Source: Octopus sinensis | Lineage: Eukaryota | Direction: 5' to 3' | Assembly: GCF_006345805.1 (NCBI RefSeq) | Contig: NC_043008.1 | Location: 29,078,001-29,142,000, forward strand | Length of the DNA stretch: 64,000 nucleotides | Shown here: piece after piece, positions 53,212 to 64,000 of the stretch | Position numbering within the stretch: the first letter of the stretch is position 1 | Layout: each line of letters starts with the position of its first letter | Notes under the pieces: model-generated | What the model was told of the DNA's origin: nothing | Seen by the model: the letters and a program-made list of their open reading frames with translations, nothing else | Databases searched by the model: none | Made by a program: the position numbers and the translations under genes

Positions 53212-53284
53212 GCCGACCGGGAAATCTCAAGACTGATTTTAGTTTCGGCAATTTGCGTTTATTCATCAGTTAAGCCCGTTCGGC
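53212..53284 (-). ncRNA. solitary type I hammerhead-like motif with damaged stem II
   Basis: GCCGAACGGG-CTTAA-CTGATGA-ATAAACGCAAATTGCC-GAAAC-TAAAATCA-GTC-TTGAG-ATTT-CCCGGTCGGC. Confidence 0.7.
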
Positions 53285-53467
53285 CTTCGAAATTTTTCGG
53301 ACCTATTTGTCTATTGTAATTTATATTTTCTTCATCCATATTAATGGATGAATTAATGATTCGCTAATGTGCACACACAACTTCATAGGAGTATATACCT
53401 ATTACTTTAGTTCATTTGACGAATACTCCTCACTTATTCACTGTGTGTTGTGTGCGTGTATATATAT

Positions 53468-53498
<31 letters not shown>

Positions 53499-53699
53499 GC
53501 GTCATCAGATACGTGTATGGGCATTCTGTGTCTGTGTATGTATGTCTACAAAGCAAGAACCAAGGAGAATGTCTATGTTAAGTAAATTTACCGATGAGGG
53601 GAACTTTATGCCATCAAGGCTTTATTAAAGAGTATGTAAATGATAAAGATAAACGTAATATTAATTTCAAATTTCGTTCCAAGACCAGTAATTTTAAAT

Positions 53700-54090
53700 A
53701 TATTCAATGGATCCCGTGCTCAACCACTACTCATTATATCGAACCTGATGAAAGACAAAGTCGACCTCGGTGTAATTCAAACACAGATCCTAAAGACGGA
53801 CAGAATGCCACTATGTATTTTGCCCTGTATGCTAACGTTTTTGTCAGCTCACTACCTTAGTAATGTTGGTTTCAATGTTTAGTACAAGGCCAAACGGAGG
53901 GGATAATTCGGGGAAAGCGATCAGTCGATTACATGAACCCCTAATGCTTCACTGGTAGTTATTTTGTCGAACCCAAAAGGATGACGGCAGTATTGACCTC
54001 GGCGGAATTGGAACTCAAAACATAAAGATGGACGACAGGCCAGTAATTATCTTTTCAGCCTTCTAACGGTCCTCCCAGCTTACCCCTTAG
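53700..54090 (-). mobile_element. two adjacent decayed octopus-type SINEs
   Basis: Reverse complements of the 37936 family (GATGAAAGACAAAGTCGACCTCGG; GACCTCGGCGGAATTGGAACTC). Confidence 0.7.
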
Positions 54091-54746
54091 ACAAGCGTTA
54101 TATTACAATCTGACTTATTATAGAGAGACCAAATTTAGTAAATACTATATCCTTACTAATATACGGGAAATTGTACATTCAATATTCTAGCTGCGAATTT
54201 TCTGATAGAAAGCGTGATTTTGCAAGGCAAAGTGAGTAATTCTAGAAAGAAAATCTAGAAAGTATTGAACACGAAATCGTGTATATGATACTTAAAACAA
54301 CATAATTAAATTTTCATTAAATTTAACATCAAAAACACTAAACAGCGTTGTATAACACAGTTTAAAAAAACAAGCGTAGTAAAAATAATTTACTTGGGTA
54401 TTCACCAATTGAAATGAATATAAATTGAGATTTGATAAAAGCTTAGAAAAAAGCTAAATAAAAACAAACAGCGCAAACAAAGATATATTAATGTTAGGTG
54501 TGATGAAATTAGTCATAATCTCGAAATTAATACATCAAATGAATAGTATATATAGAAGCACATACACACACACATTTATATATATATAAGTGTATATTAC
54601 TTGCTACCTGTATATATAGATTTAGCTAAATACATGCACATACGCCATCGCCCCACCTGAGATATCTATCTATCTATCTATATATCTATCTATCTATCTA
54701 TATATCTATCTATCTATCTATCTAACTATACATATATATGTATATA

Positions 54747-54803
<57 letters not shown>

Positions 54804-55037
54804 ACATCCTGGAGGCGGGTGGGAGTTGCGAAGGCCTGGAAATATTCATTATAGATCTATGAACTTTCTTGCTACAGACAAATAGTAAATAAAGTTACAA
54901 AGAAATGCAAAACCTTTGAAGATGACATAAAACTAAGAGATGAGATGCGGATGAAACATGCATAAAGAGAGTTGCTTCCTATAGGTATATATATGTTGTA
55001 TGTGTATAAACATGTGTCTATCAATATCTATCTAACC

Positions 55038-55089
<52 letters not shown>

Positions 55090-55094
55090 TTTTT

Positions 55095-55265
55095 GGCTGT
55101 GTAGTAAGAAGTTTGCTTTCCATCCACTTGGTTGCAAGATCAGTGTCTTCCAATATTGGCCAGTGTCTTCCAATATAACCTCCGACCGACTAAGGCTTTG
55201 TGAACGGATTTAGTAGACGGAAACTGAAAGCCCGTCGTATACATATATATATATATGTGTGTGTG

Positions 55266-55301
<36 letters not shown>

Positions 55302-55350
55302 TGTCTCTGTGTCTCTGTGTGTTTATGTGTGTGTGTGTCTGCATTTGTCC
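55095..55350 (+). mobile_element. 5' half of octopus-type tRNA SINE
   Basis: GGCTGTGTAGTAAGAAGTTTGC...GTAGACGGAAACTGAAAGCCCGTCG. Confidence 0.75.
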
Positions 55351-55599
55351 TAAAAAAGAGACATACAAAGAAGAACATAATGAATACTTATCACGCTACA
55401 AGAGAAACAACGAAACGCTATGCTCTCTTGGAGCTTGTTGAATTGGATCTTGGAAGAAGATACGAGACAAAGTTCATTGGATTTTGTTTTAATCAAATGT
55501 AGTTTACAACGTACTTTGCATCTGCGATGACAATTTGGTCCTAGCATAATCAATTTTAACTCACATACCATATCTGAAAATTTTCAGAAGGCACACCAA

Positions 55600-56691
55600 A
55601 AACATTATTCTGACACAGAATGATAAGTAGAGAAATTACACTCTTGACAAGTTCACAAATAAGACGGAGCCTAAAGAGGCAATCATTTTCCTGATTCGAG
55701 AGAGATGTTAGCCAGATTGGTGAGGTGTTAGCCAGATTCAATTTAAATGGATCTTACCGCACCCTGGAAGAATTCAAGAATTTTTTTAAAATTTGATACA
55801 AATTTTCTCCAGTATAATCGGCTTAACAGAGACATTAAAAGCTACCAAACAAAGTTTAATATAAGCAAACCTACTGCTTTCCAATATTTAGCGCATAATG
55901 CAGCTATCCGAAAGCTCATGTTGTTAAGAAAGGAGCCAAACGATATTACTATGTTTTAAACCATGTTGAGGCTTATTTCTTATTCAAGCACAAATGCTTG
56001 CTGAACTGGAATGTGAAATAATATTTTTACTACCTATAAAGACAACAACAGAAACTAAACTACGAAGGTTCCAGTTCGGAATTATACACTATATGCTAGC
56101 AACTAATTCTCTGCTATTCAAGATTAAATTATCCGGAAGCAACATGTGCACTTTTTGTCAACGTGAGGTGGAGACGATATCACAACTTCTCTGGTATTGT
56201 GAATGTTTACTGGCCATCTGACAACGCTTCTTAGGTTTGCTGTAGGAAAAGTGCATACATGTGCGCTATATGAAAGTGAACCCACAGCTTATTCTGTTCG
56301 GTTTGAGAAAAAAACCCACATATACCCACATAATCATAAAAAATGGAGACTGTAAACGCATGGTAGTCCTTAAGTGTTACTTCTTGTAGAACTGTATTAA
56401 GATTTTATGAGTAATTGACGAGTGAATGTGTAGTAGTGATAGTATATTATATTTTATTCTATTTGTTTTTTGTCCCTTCTTTTCTCTCTTTTCTCTTCGT
56501 TTGTTTTATTTATTTTTATTATTTTATTATTTATTTTTATTTTTGATACTTTCTCCTTTTCTTTATTCTCACAAAAGGTCCTGTTCTCCATTTACTTTAT
56601 ACAAAACTTCACGGTCCTCTGGCAGTGCTGTTTGAAATTATAAGAGGGAAAACTGGAAACAATAAAAGTTAATTGTAAAAAAAAAGAAAAA
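55600..56691 (+). mobile_element. 3' end of an L1/Tx1-type LINE
   Basis: zf-RVT-like KLRRFQFGIIHYMLATNSLLFKIKLSGSNMCTFCQREVETISQLLWYC; T-rich UTR; AATAAA at 56661; A tail. Confidence 0.8.
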
Positions 56692-56812
56692 TCACACTTC
56701 TTATCTGAACGCGCAAATGCCGTAAAGGAACGAATTACCGAAGCATGTGATGCATATTCTGTTTTGTAAAATTGAGAAAACTACACTGAATTGCCGAATC
56801 TAATATCTCGTA

Positions 56813-56855
<43 letters not shown>

Positions 56856-56941
56856 TATATATATGTGTGTGTGTATGTGTGTGTGTGTGTGTGTGTTGTG
56901 TGTGTGTGTGTGGTGTGTGTGTATGTATATATGTATGTATA

Positions 56942-58080
56942 TCAGGTCTTCCTATAAATATTATATATATAATTTCTATCAATTTTTTTACAGTATTTTA
57001 AATGGCCAAATGGTTTTCATTACTACTCATATGGATTTGGAAACATTTAGCATAACGTAATTAATTACTAATGCTGGATGTATCGATGGAGCATTTACGG
57101 CACAAAATGCTTTATGATTTCAAAAACTGAGACAGTGCAGCAGAAGCAACCCGAAATATTCATTGTTTTGCTAAGTTCAGTAATAGGGGTTTCATTCTTA
57201 GAGACAAGTCACGAATTTTATGATGTGCTTCTTTTGTCAGAGACTGGGAAGCATAAAGCTGTGCCAGTTGAAGAATTTGCAATCAAGTTCAATTCAAGCC
57301 TTCCTACAGTTCGCTGCCATTTTCAACAGCTTGGAAAGTTGCCCAAACTCGGAATATTGGTTCCCTATTATTTGCCATAAGCTAACTGCATATCATGTTT
57401 GGACTTCTGCTCATCACTTCCCTCTCGCGAACGTATCTCACCATTTTTGACGATTTTTGACTGGTAATGAAAAAAAGATGTTTTTAATGAAAATGTTAAG
57501 CGGTACAGGCAATGACTTAGTTGTGGAGAACATGCTAAACCACAACGTAAAAAGAACTTCATGCAAAAACAGTTTTTCTTTCCCATCGGGGTATTGCATT
57601 GCAGTCATGTATTTTGAACTAACAACATTTAAAAAACAATTAGAGTGTTTGGATGCTGCTTTGAAGAAAAGATACCTGCTTCGGCGAATCGTAAGGGAGC
57701 GGTGTTTGATCGTGATAATGCAATGCACCAAAATTGCAAAGATTACACCAGAAGAAATTCAAAGAACTTGGTTGGGGAAAAATATCTCCTCTGCCTTCTT
57801 CCCCGAACCTAGATCCTCCTGATTACCATTTTATTCGTATCCTACTGAATCATTTACGTGGATTAATACTCAAATGCCCCAAAGAAGTCAAAACTGACCT
57901 CTCTTCCTTCTTCTTATCAAAACCGTAAAGGATTTTCGACTATGGATTTAAAATACTGAAGAGTAGATGCGATGAAATCATTTATATAGATGGGAATTAT
58001 ATACAGGATTAAATTTTAATAAAATGTAAAATTATATCTGTTTATAGGATGACTTGGTATATGTTTATGGGATGACTTGA
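56942..58080 (+). mobile_element. full-length decayed mariner (DD34D), TIR family like 9869-11062
   Basis: Left TCAGGTCTTCCTATAAA, right TTTATGGGATGACTTGA; SAAEATRNI, LGKLPKLG..VP, TGNEK, SSPNLDPPDYHF. Confidence 0.85.
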
Positions 58081-59796
58081 TATATGTAAGAACGAGATCT
58101 TAGATTCGGCAATTCAAACAAGGAATATGTCAGTGGAGACGCTCGGCCAATGTGAGGCGCACTGGAACTGTACACGAAATCCCTTTGTTACACTGACATA
58201 GCTGTGCCTAAATTTGTAATTTTAGTTTTTTTCATATGTTACTGCTACTGTAAACCGCATATATCTGGACCGACTCTGTGCCAACAAGATACACCTGTTG
58301 CTTGGGAAAACATCTTAAATGATATGAATATATGTATATTCGCCTACACCGAGAAACCGGCATGATTTTCATATTTTTCATATTTTATTAACGTAGAGAA
58401 AATTGCAATATAATTTCCAATAAAATATACTGAGTATTATGACGGACTGCCACAGCTTTTCCAGTCTGTAGCTGATGTAAATAAATCTTTGCAATATATA
58501 CTTTTATAAAGTTTTAGAAATATAATATTGTATATTTTTGAATATATTTGTTTCCTTGCTTCAACAAAATATGCCTGCAGGCAAAGAAATCATTCTACAT
58601 AAAATACAAAAGGACGCTTTATGGAACAATTCTTTCGCGAAACTATCATTAGATTTGTGAATTCATACCACTTTGCTTGCTTAATTAGATCTAGATTAAA
58701 ATGTAATGAATATTATATTTCAATAATTGCTAAGAGGAGAATAAAAGTTGTAAAAAATACTATGCACGGCAAAATGATGCATGCTTGAGGACATGTCTAA
58801 TATCGCATAAGCTGCATTAATGAAATGAGTTAAAATCAAACTCAATAAATAATTCATATAAAGGTGAAAAAAATAAAATGATATATAAAACACACACTCA
58901 CAAACAAATAAATGAGAGTAAAATATAGACTTCAGGTTTAGTATTGTAACATATTTCGAAATTTTATGTCAATTTAATTCTCTTACAATAAATTATGGTT
59001 CTATATTCTGTTTTGATAGTGAGGAACTTTTGTAATTTCGTTTTAACGACATTCATATTTATTGGATCTATATGTGTGTGTGCGTGTGTGTATGTGTGTG
59101 TGTGTGTGTGTGTAGTGCATGCAAGAGGAAGTGTATGATCGTGCATTTGCGTTCCAGTGTTTGAGTATGTGTGTGCGAGAGGTATGTATATGTTTCTGTG
59201 CTGGATATTGCTCAAGGTATATTTCTGTCAGCAACAAACAGAAAAGCCGGTGAAATTTCATTGTCACACATACTATTAAAAACAATTTCACTGACAGAAG
59301 CCTATTTCGACAATTTGAGATATAAACCTATACAGTGAAAGCCTAATAAACGTTTTCCAACGCATCAAGCAGACTACATTATGGCTAACACTGTACTATG
59401 CACATTTAGCTTAGATTACAGGACTGCTCGAACTTTCTATAACGTTCGCTTTTGATCTCGTTCATGCTTACATGATTATTTTCATAGCTTTATAGATTTG
59501 ATCTTGCTCAACTTCTTTTTCAACCATGCCAATATCTAACACGATTGAATTTGACATTTTCAATTTCTCTTTCCGTAAAGGGACATTGGATCACTTATCG
59601 AGACTAGCACAATTTCAACGTTATTCTTGAATGATTTCACCGTACGTAAGAGAACTTAAACTTATCACTGTTTTTACCATAGAATCTTAGGTCATACGTA
59701 TCAGTTTTATACTTGTATTCTGTTCTCTTAACTTCACTTGTAAGGGGAATTAGTACATTATTTACATTATTTACATTTGACGTATTGTCTGTGTCA

Positions 59797-59840
59797 ACAC
59801 AACGTTTCGGTTGATATACTCTCCAGCTTGCATCAGGTGT
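59797..59840 (-). ncRNA. decayed minimal hammerhead of the PLE pLTR
   Basis: ACAC-CTGATGC(A9C)-AAGCTG...CAACC-GAAAC-G-TT-GTGT; palindromic AACGTT. Confidence 0.6.
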
Positions 59841-59952
59841 ATTGGGGAAATTTCGAACCTGGGTTCTCATTCCTAAGATATTTTTAGATGTTATTATTAT
59901 TATTACTATTATTATTATTATTATTATTACTCTTATTATTATTATTATTATT

Positions 59953-60027
59953 CAGGTCACTGCTTGTAATTGAACTCGAAATCTTGGTGTCAGTAGCCCG
60001 CGCTCTTAACCACTACGCCATTTGCCC
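59953..60027 (-). tRNA. tRNA-derived segment (pseudo-tRNA, isotype uncertain)
   Basis: A-box TGGCGTAGTGG and B-box-like GAGTTCAATT at tRNA spacing; acceptor and anticodon stems imperfect. Confidence 0.65.
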
Positions 60028-61053
60028 GTAGGCAATTTTAGGGCTTATAAATCTACTATTTTCTTATCCTTCCTTAACACTTAGCCTATATCCTATTCAT
60101 ATCTGCACTCCGTCTGCTTAGGATGTTGTTGTGTCCTAGGATATGTGCTGCTACTTTTAGTTTTCGTATTTTCCAGTGGTGTTCTCTATCTATATATCTA
60201 TGGTCTACATTTTTCCATACATGATCAGCTATATCCTATTTATCGATATCTCCTCGTGTCACAGCTTTGCGATGTTCGTCTACCTTTATTTTGAGGGGGC
60301 GGCATGTTTCACCTGTGTATAAACTACCACATCTACATGGGATGGAGTACGCGCACATTTTGGTCATATTCTCTTCTATTGGTGGTTTTACCAGAAGAAG
60401 ATATTTGCGAAGGGTTGTATTACTCATGAATACTGTCCCAATGTCTTATGGGCCGCATATCTTTTGTATCTTTTCAGAGAGGCCTTTCACATAGGGTAGA
60501 CCTACTGTAAACACTTTATTGGTTTCATCTTCTCTTTTCTTCATAATTGGAGTAGATAGTATGTTTTGGGGGTAGTTGTTGCTTAACAAATCGTCATTGA
60601 GCTTGATCATTTCTTCGTGGTTGGTATCACGATCACTACTTATATTCTTTGCTCGATATTTTAGGCACTGAGCAATTCCTATATTTACACTGTATAGATG
60701 GTCGGAATTTAAGTTAAACTATTGTCCAGTTACGGTCGGCTTGCGATATACGGATGTCCTGAATCCTTACTTGGTGTGTGTTATTAATGCGTCCAGGAAT
60801 GCTAGCTGATTGTCCTTTTCCTTTTCCATTGTGAACTTATGGGTGGCTTTATTGAGGGGAATTAGTGCTGTGCAAAATGTTAAAGGTGAAAGTAAGTTAT
60901 ATCTGAATATCCCACAGTTCGCGTTAATATTTTTGAATGTAGCATTCTATTAAAGTGACATATTATGCTTCAGGAAGTTCTAATTTACGGTAGAAATGTT
61001 GAAGAGGTCCTGCGATTTCAACATATCTGAATGCGGTATGCAGTCAAAATCTC

Positions 61054-62943
61054 GATTATGTGAACATTGTTCGAAAATAATTGGTCGAAAACAATTATTC
61101 GAAAAACCTTTATTCCAATAGATAATTGTATGAATGAAAATTATTCAACTGGACAATTATACGAAACGTTAATTATTCTATTTTTTATTTTATTTAAACA
61201 AATATGATAAAATTAAAAATCAAGTACACCAATGATATTTATTTAATAAACACATGTATTTATTACCAATGATTAAAAAAAATATATTTATAAAGTTAAG
61301 TTATATGTTACGCCATGTAAATATTCAACCACTGAATGTTAACGGAGGCCACTAATTTCTACTTGAGGCTTTCGTCAATGGATGCCAGCAATTACTTGAG
61401 GCTTTCATTCACGTCTCGGTATTTTTGTCCCTCTTGATATGTTGGCAACCTGCTTTTATTTTCACAATATCAAATTCTTGCAAGATTTGTTCCCTTCAAA
61501 GAGCGCCTACGCATTTCCATATTTTGCGATTATACGAATTTCCATATTGTACGATGATGGGATAATACTTGCTGTAAACAAAGCTCTATGCCGTCCTGCA
61601 AGGGTGTTGCTAGCTCTTGGTAAACAAGCATTGACTCTTTCAAAGCCAGACCACATAGATATCTCGAACGTAGGTCTTCGTCAATGACGTTTGAAGGAAA
61701 TAAACCAGAATATGATTCACTATTGAAGTACACATATTGGAATCTAATAAAGTCTCAAATGTTTCAGCAACTTTATATACGGGGACAAAGTCTAGTGCTA
61801 ACAGCATTTGAATGCCTAAAGCAAACTCGGAATCGGTATCATGATTTACTTTGAGACAAGACTCACAAATGTTTCGATAGAGGCACTGTCCCAACTGAAA
61901 AATACATCCATAACGTGAAGTTGTTTGGAATTCTTCAACAGCTTTTATACGAAAATATATACGTAACATATACGAAAATCACTTTTCTAATCAATCTACG
62001 CGAAACTGAGATTCCAGCGCTTGTAACATTTCTCAAAGTTCAAACTATAATTTGAAGTTGATCTTTGCATTCATATGAGCTTCGTCGGCACCCTATTTGT
62101 TCAATGGGAAAATATCGTTCTCTTCCATAGATGCATCTATATTATTTACGAGTATGAATGTCAAAATTTGGTAAGTGGTGGATACAAAGGTTATGAACCG
62201 ATAAATCTTTTTATGACGTTATAGACGTCACTCGTAAATATGACGTTATAGACGTCACTCGTAAATTAAGAACGCTTATCTTAATTTTATCAAACACTTC
62301 TTATCTGGAAGTAAGGCACAAACTATCGGAATGTTTAAGTTATTCCTCACAATATTATTAGTTTGTGAAAACCATTTCTCTTCAATGAATAGGATTAGCC
62401 AAGTCGCATCTCATCTTTTGTCTTACATCGTGAATAGTCCTCTTCATAGAGCTTATTATTGGCAAAGCTTACACTACGTTTTCACTAAACTGCGGGTTTC
62501 TTTAGCCTTTTCTTTTACTCTGTTCATATAATACGCACTTCGATGTTCACGGACTCACCAGAATTATTACGTTCACGAGAAACTTTTACTTCACCGTCAT
62601 TAGTTTTTGCACGGCATTTAAAATACAATGCAAATTTATTGCGCTTCCAATATATCTTGTTTCCAATTTGCTTATATTTTACAAATAGTAAACCAATTTT
62701 GAGCATGGGCTTGCCTTTTTCACTATCAGTATATCTGTCCACATTTAAAGGATATATAAATTCTAGGTAAATTATCTCGAGCAGCATATTTCTGTCTTTC
62801 ACTTTCCGGCAACGTGTCTGTCACTGGTGCATGTTCAAATCAAACAATTCAAACAATCATCAATTCGAATAATTTCCTTTCGATAAATTGCCAATTCGAA
62901 TAACTGCTTTTCGAATAATTCTTTCGAACAATTTTCATGATAC
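61054..62943 (-). mobile_element. decayed MULE (Mutator-like) transposon with FLYWCH domain
   Basis: SEKGKPML..LFVKYKQIGNKIYWK (FLYWCH); AVEEF...GCIFQLGQCLYR...ML.ALDFVP (MULE DDE region). TCGAA-rich imperfect TIRs with G...C termini; 9-bp TSD-like CAAAATCTC (61045-61053) / GAAAATCAC (62944-62952). Confidence 0.8.
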
Positions 62944-63182
62944 GAAAATCACTTTTCTAATCAATCTACGCGAAACTAAGATTCCATCGCTTGTAACATT
63001 TCTCAAAGATCAAACTATAATTTGAAGTTGATCTTTGCATTCATATGAGCTTCGTCGGCACCCTATTTGTTCAATGGGAAAATATCGTTCTCTTCCATAG
63101 ATGCATCTGTATTATTTACGAGTATGAATGTCAAAATTTGGTAAGTGGTGGATACAAAGGTTATGAACCGATAAATCTTTTT
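61971..63182. repeat. 242-bp direct duplication (61971-62212 and 62941-63182) plus 27-bp tandem (62213-62266)
   Basis: Direct alignment; about 4 substitutions between the 242-bp copies; the 27-bp units are identical. Confidence 0.95.
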
Positions 63183-64000
63183 GAACTTGGGTTTCAATAT
63201 TCTTTGGGAGTAGGTAATTAATATCAATTGTTAATCAGTCAGGTGTTTTCTTACATCCTCTCATAATTTCGTTGAACATCTGAAATAAATTTTCGTGTGC
63301 ACACAGGAGCAATGAGGACCAGAAACGTGACACCCTATCTCTACCGGAGGTATTTCCCTTATGTGCATTCGTGAGTGTCACCATTCATCTGCCATTGTAA
63401 AATTTTATAAAATTTTGAAAGGTTCTTTCTGTCCGTCTAATCTAATCTGTATTTTCATTGGATGTCTTCTCATCACTACAACTTATTTTCCAAAAGATTT
63501 CAGCTTCTTTGATAGGAGGGGAGAGGTTTTCAACCGTTAATTTTTCCTTCTTAATTATCCTGGGAAATGTTTTGGCATTGGATGTAAATTATGTTCCTTT
63601 ACTCAAATCTTCGTATTCTTTTAGTTTTTATTTCGACCTTTTGTTTCAGTTTTTCTTTTGTTGATAGCAGTTCTTTTCTTCGCGGGAATCCATATTTTCC
63701 CTTCATCTTCCTTCATTTTCTGGATCTTATATCATATGCACAGATTAGTTAATTTAATACTAACAATTCCCTTTTCATTAATACACTATATTTTTCAATT
63801 TTACTTCTCCAGTTTAGATTTCTTTCCAGATCTGGTTTTCTTTGTTGGTTTGTTTATTTGTTTTTCGGAGGTGTACAGCTGGTTTCAATTAACTTAGCAG
63901 ATGGTTAAATAATTTCATTTAATTCAGTAAGATAATATTTCAATACTTCTATTTCTTTTCTTACATAGTTGGCAAATTTAATAAGCTTCTTTTTATTATT

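Larger units (their letters stand above)
59760..60885 (-). mobile_element. Penelope-like element 3' part (RT C-terminus, GIY-YIG, pLTR)
   Basis: FTMEKEKDNQLAFLD, VYRKPT, NNYP; GIY-YIG AYSIPCRCGSLYTGETCRPLKIKVDEH (ORF 60236-60427). Confidence 0.9.
60890..63900 (-). mobile_element. decayed R4/Dong-type LINE, interrupted by a MULE
   Basis: AHKGNTSGRD, INYLLPKN, GCRRSSYECKDQL, NLSFA*ID, and after the MULE DFDCIPHS...NFLKHNMS...NINANCGIF. Confidence 0.8.

Overview
AT-rich, microsatellite-dense eukaryotic DNA, most likely from an octopus (coleoid cephalopod). That assignment is an inference from SINE families I recognise from memory plus the (TA)n/(CA)n/(TATC)n load. I found no recognisable host protein-coding gene; most ORF-track entries are translated microsatellites or antisense frames. 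The window is dominated by mobile DNA: about six mariner (DD34D-type) relics, three DD41D (rosa/Visitor-type) Tc1/mariner copies including a near-intact 1273-bp one, and a MULE/FLYWCH transposon nested in an R4/Dong-type LINE. It also holds CR1-group, RTE, L1/Tx1 and HERO-like LINE fragments, two Penelope-like elements (PLEs), many tRNA-derived SINEs and a 5S-rRNA-headed SINE-like unit. The main unexpected signal is a set of type I hammerhead-ribozyme-like folds read directly from the sequence at about 4.6, 5.4, 6.7, 7.2, 13.5, 23.9, 24.2, 53.2 and 59.8 kb. Most sit in short non-coding elements with partial-tandem and/or inverted architecture whose 3' ends run into TA-rich or (TA)n sequence. 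This looks like a radiation of non-autonomous, retrozyme-like PLE derivatives. All folds were paired by eye, and ribozyme activity is untested.
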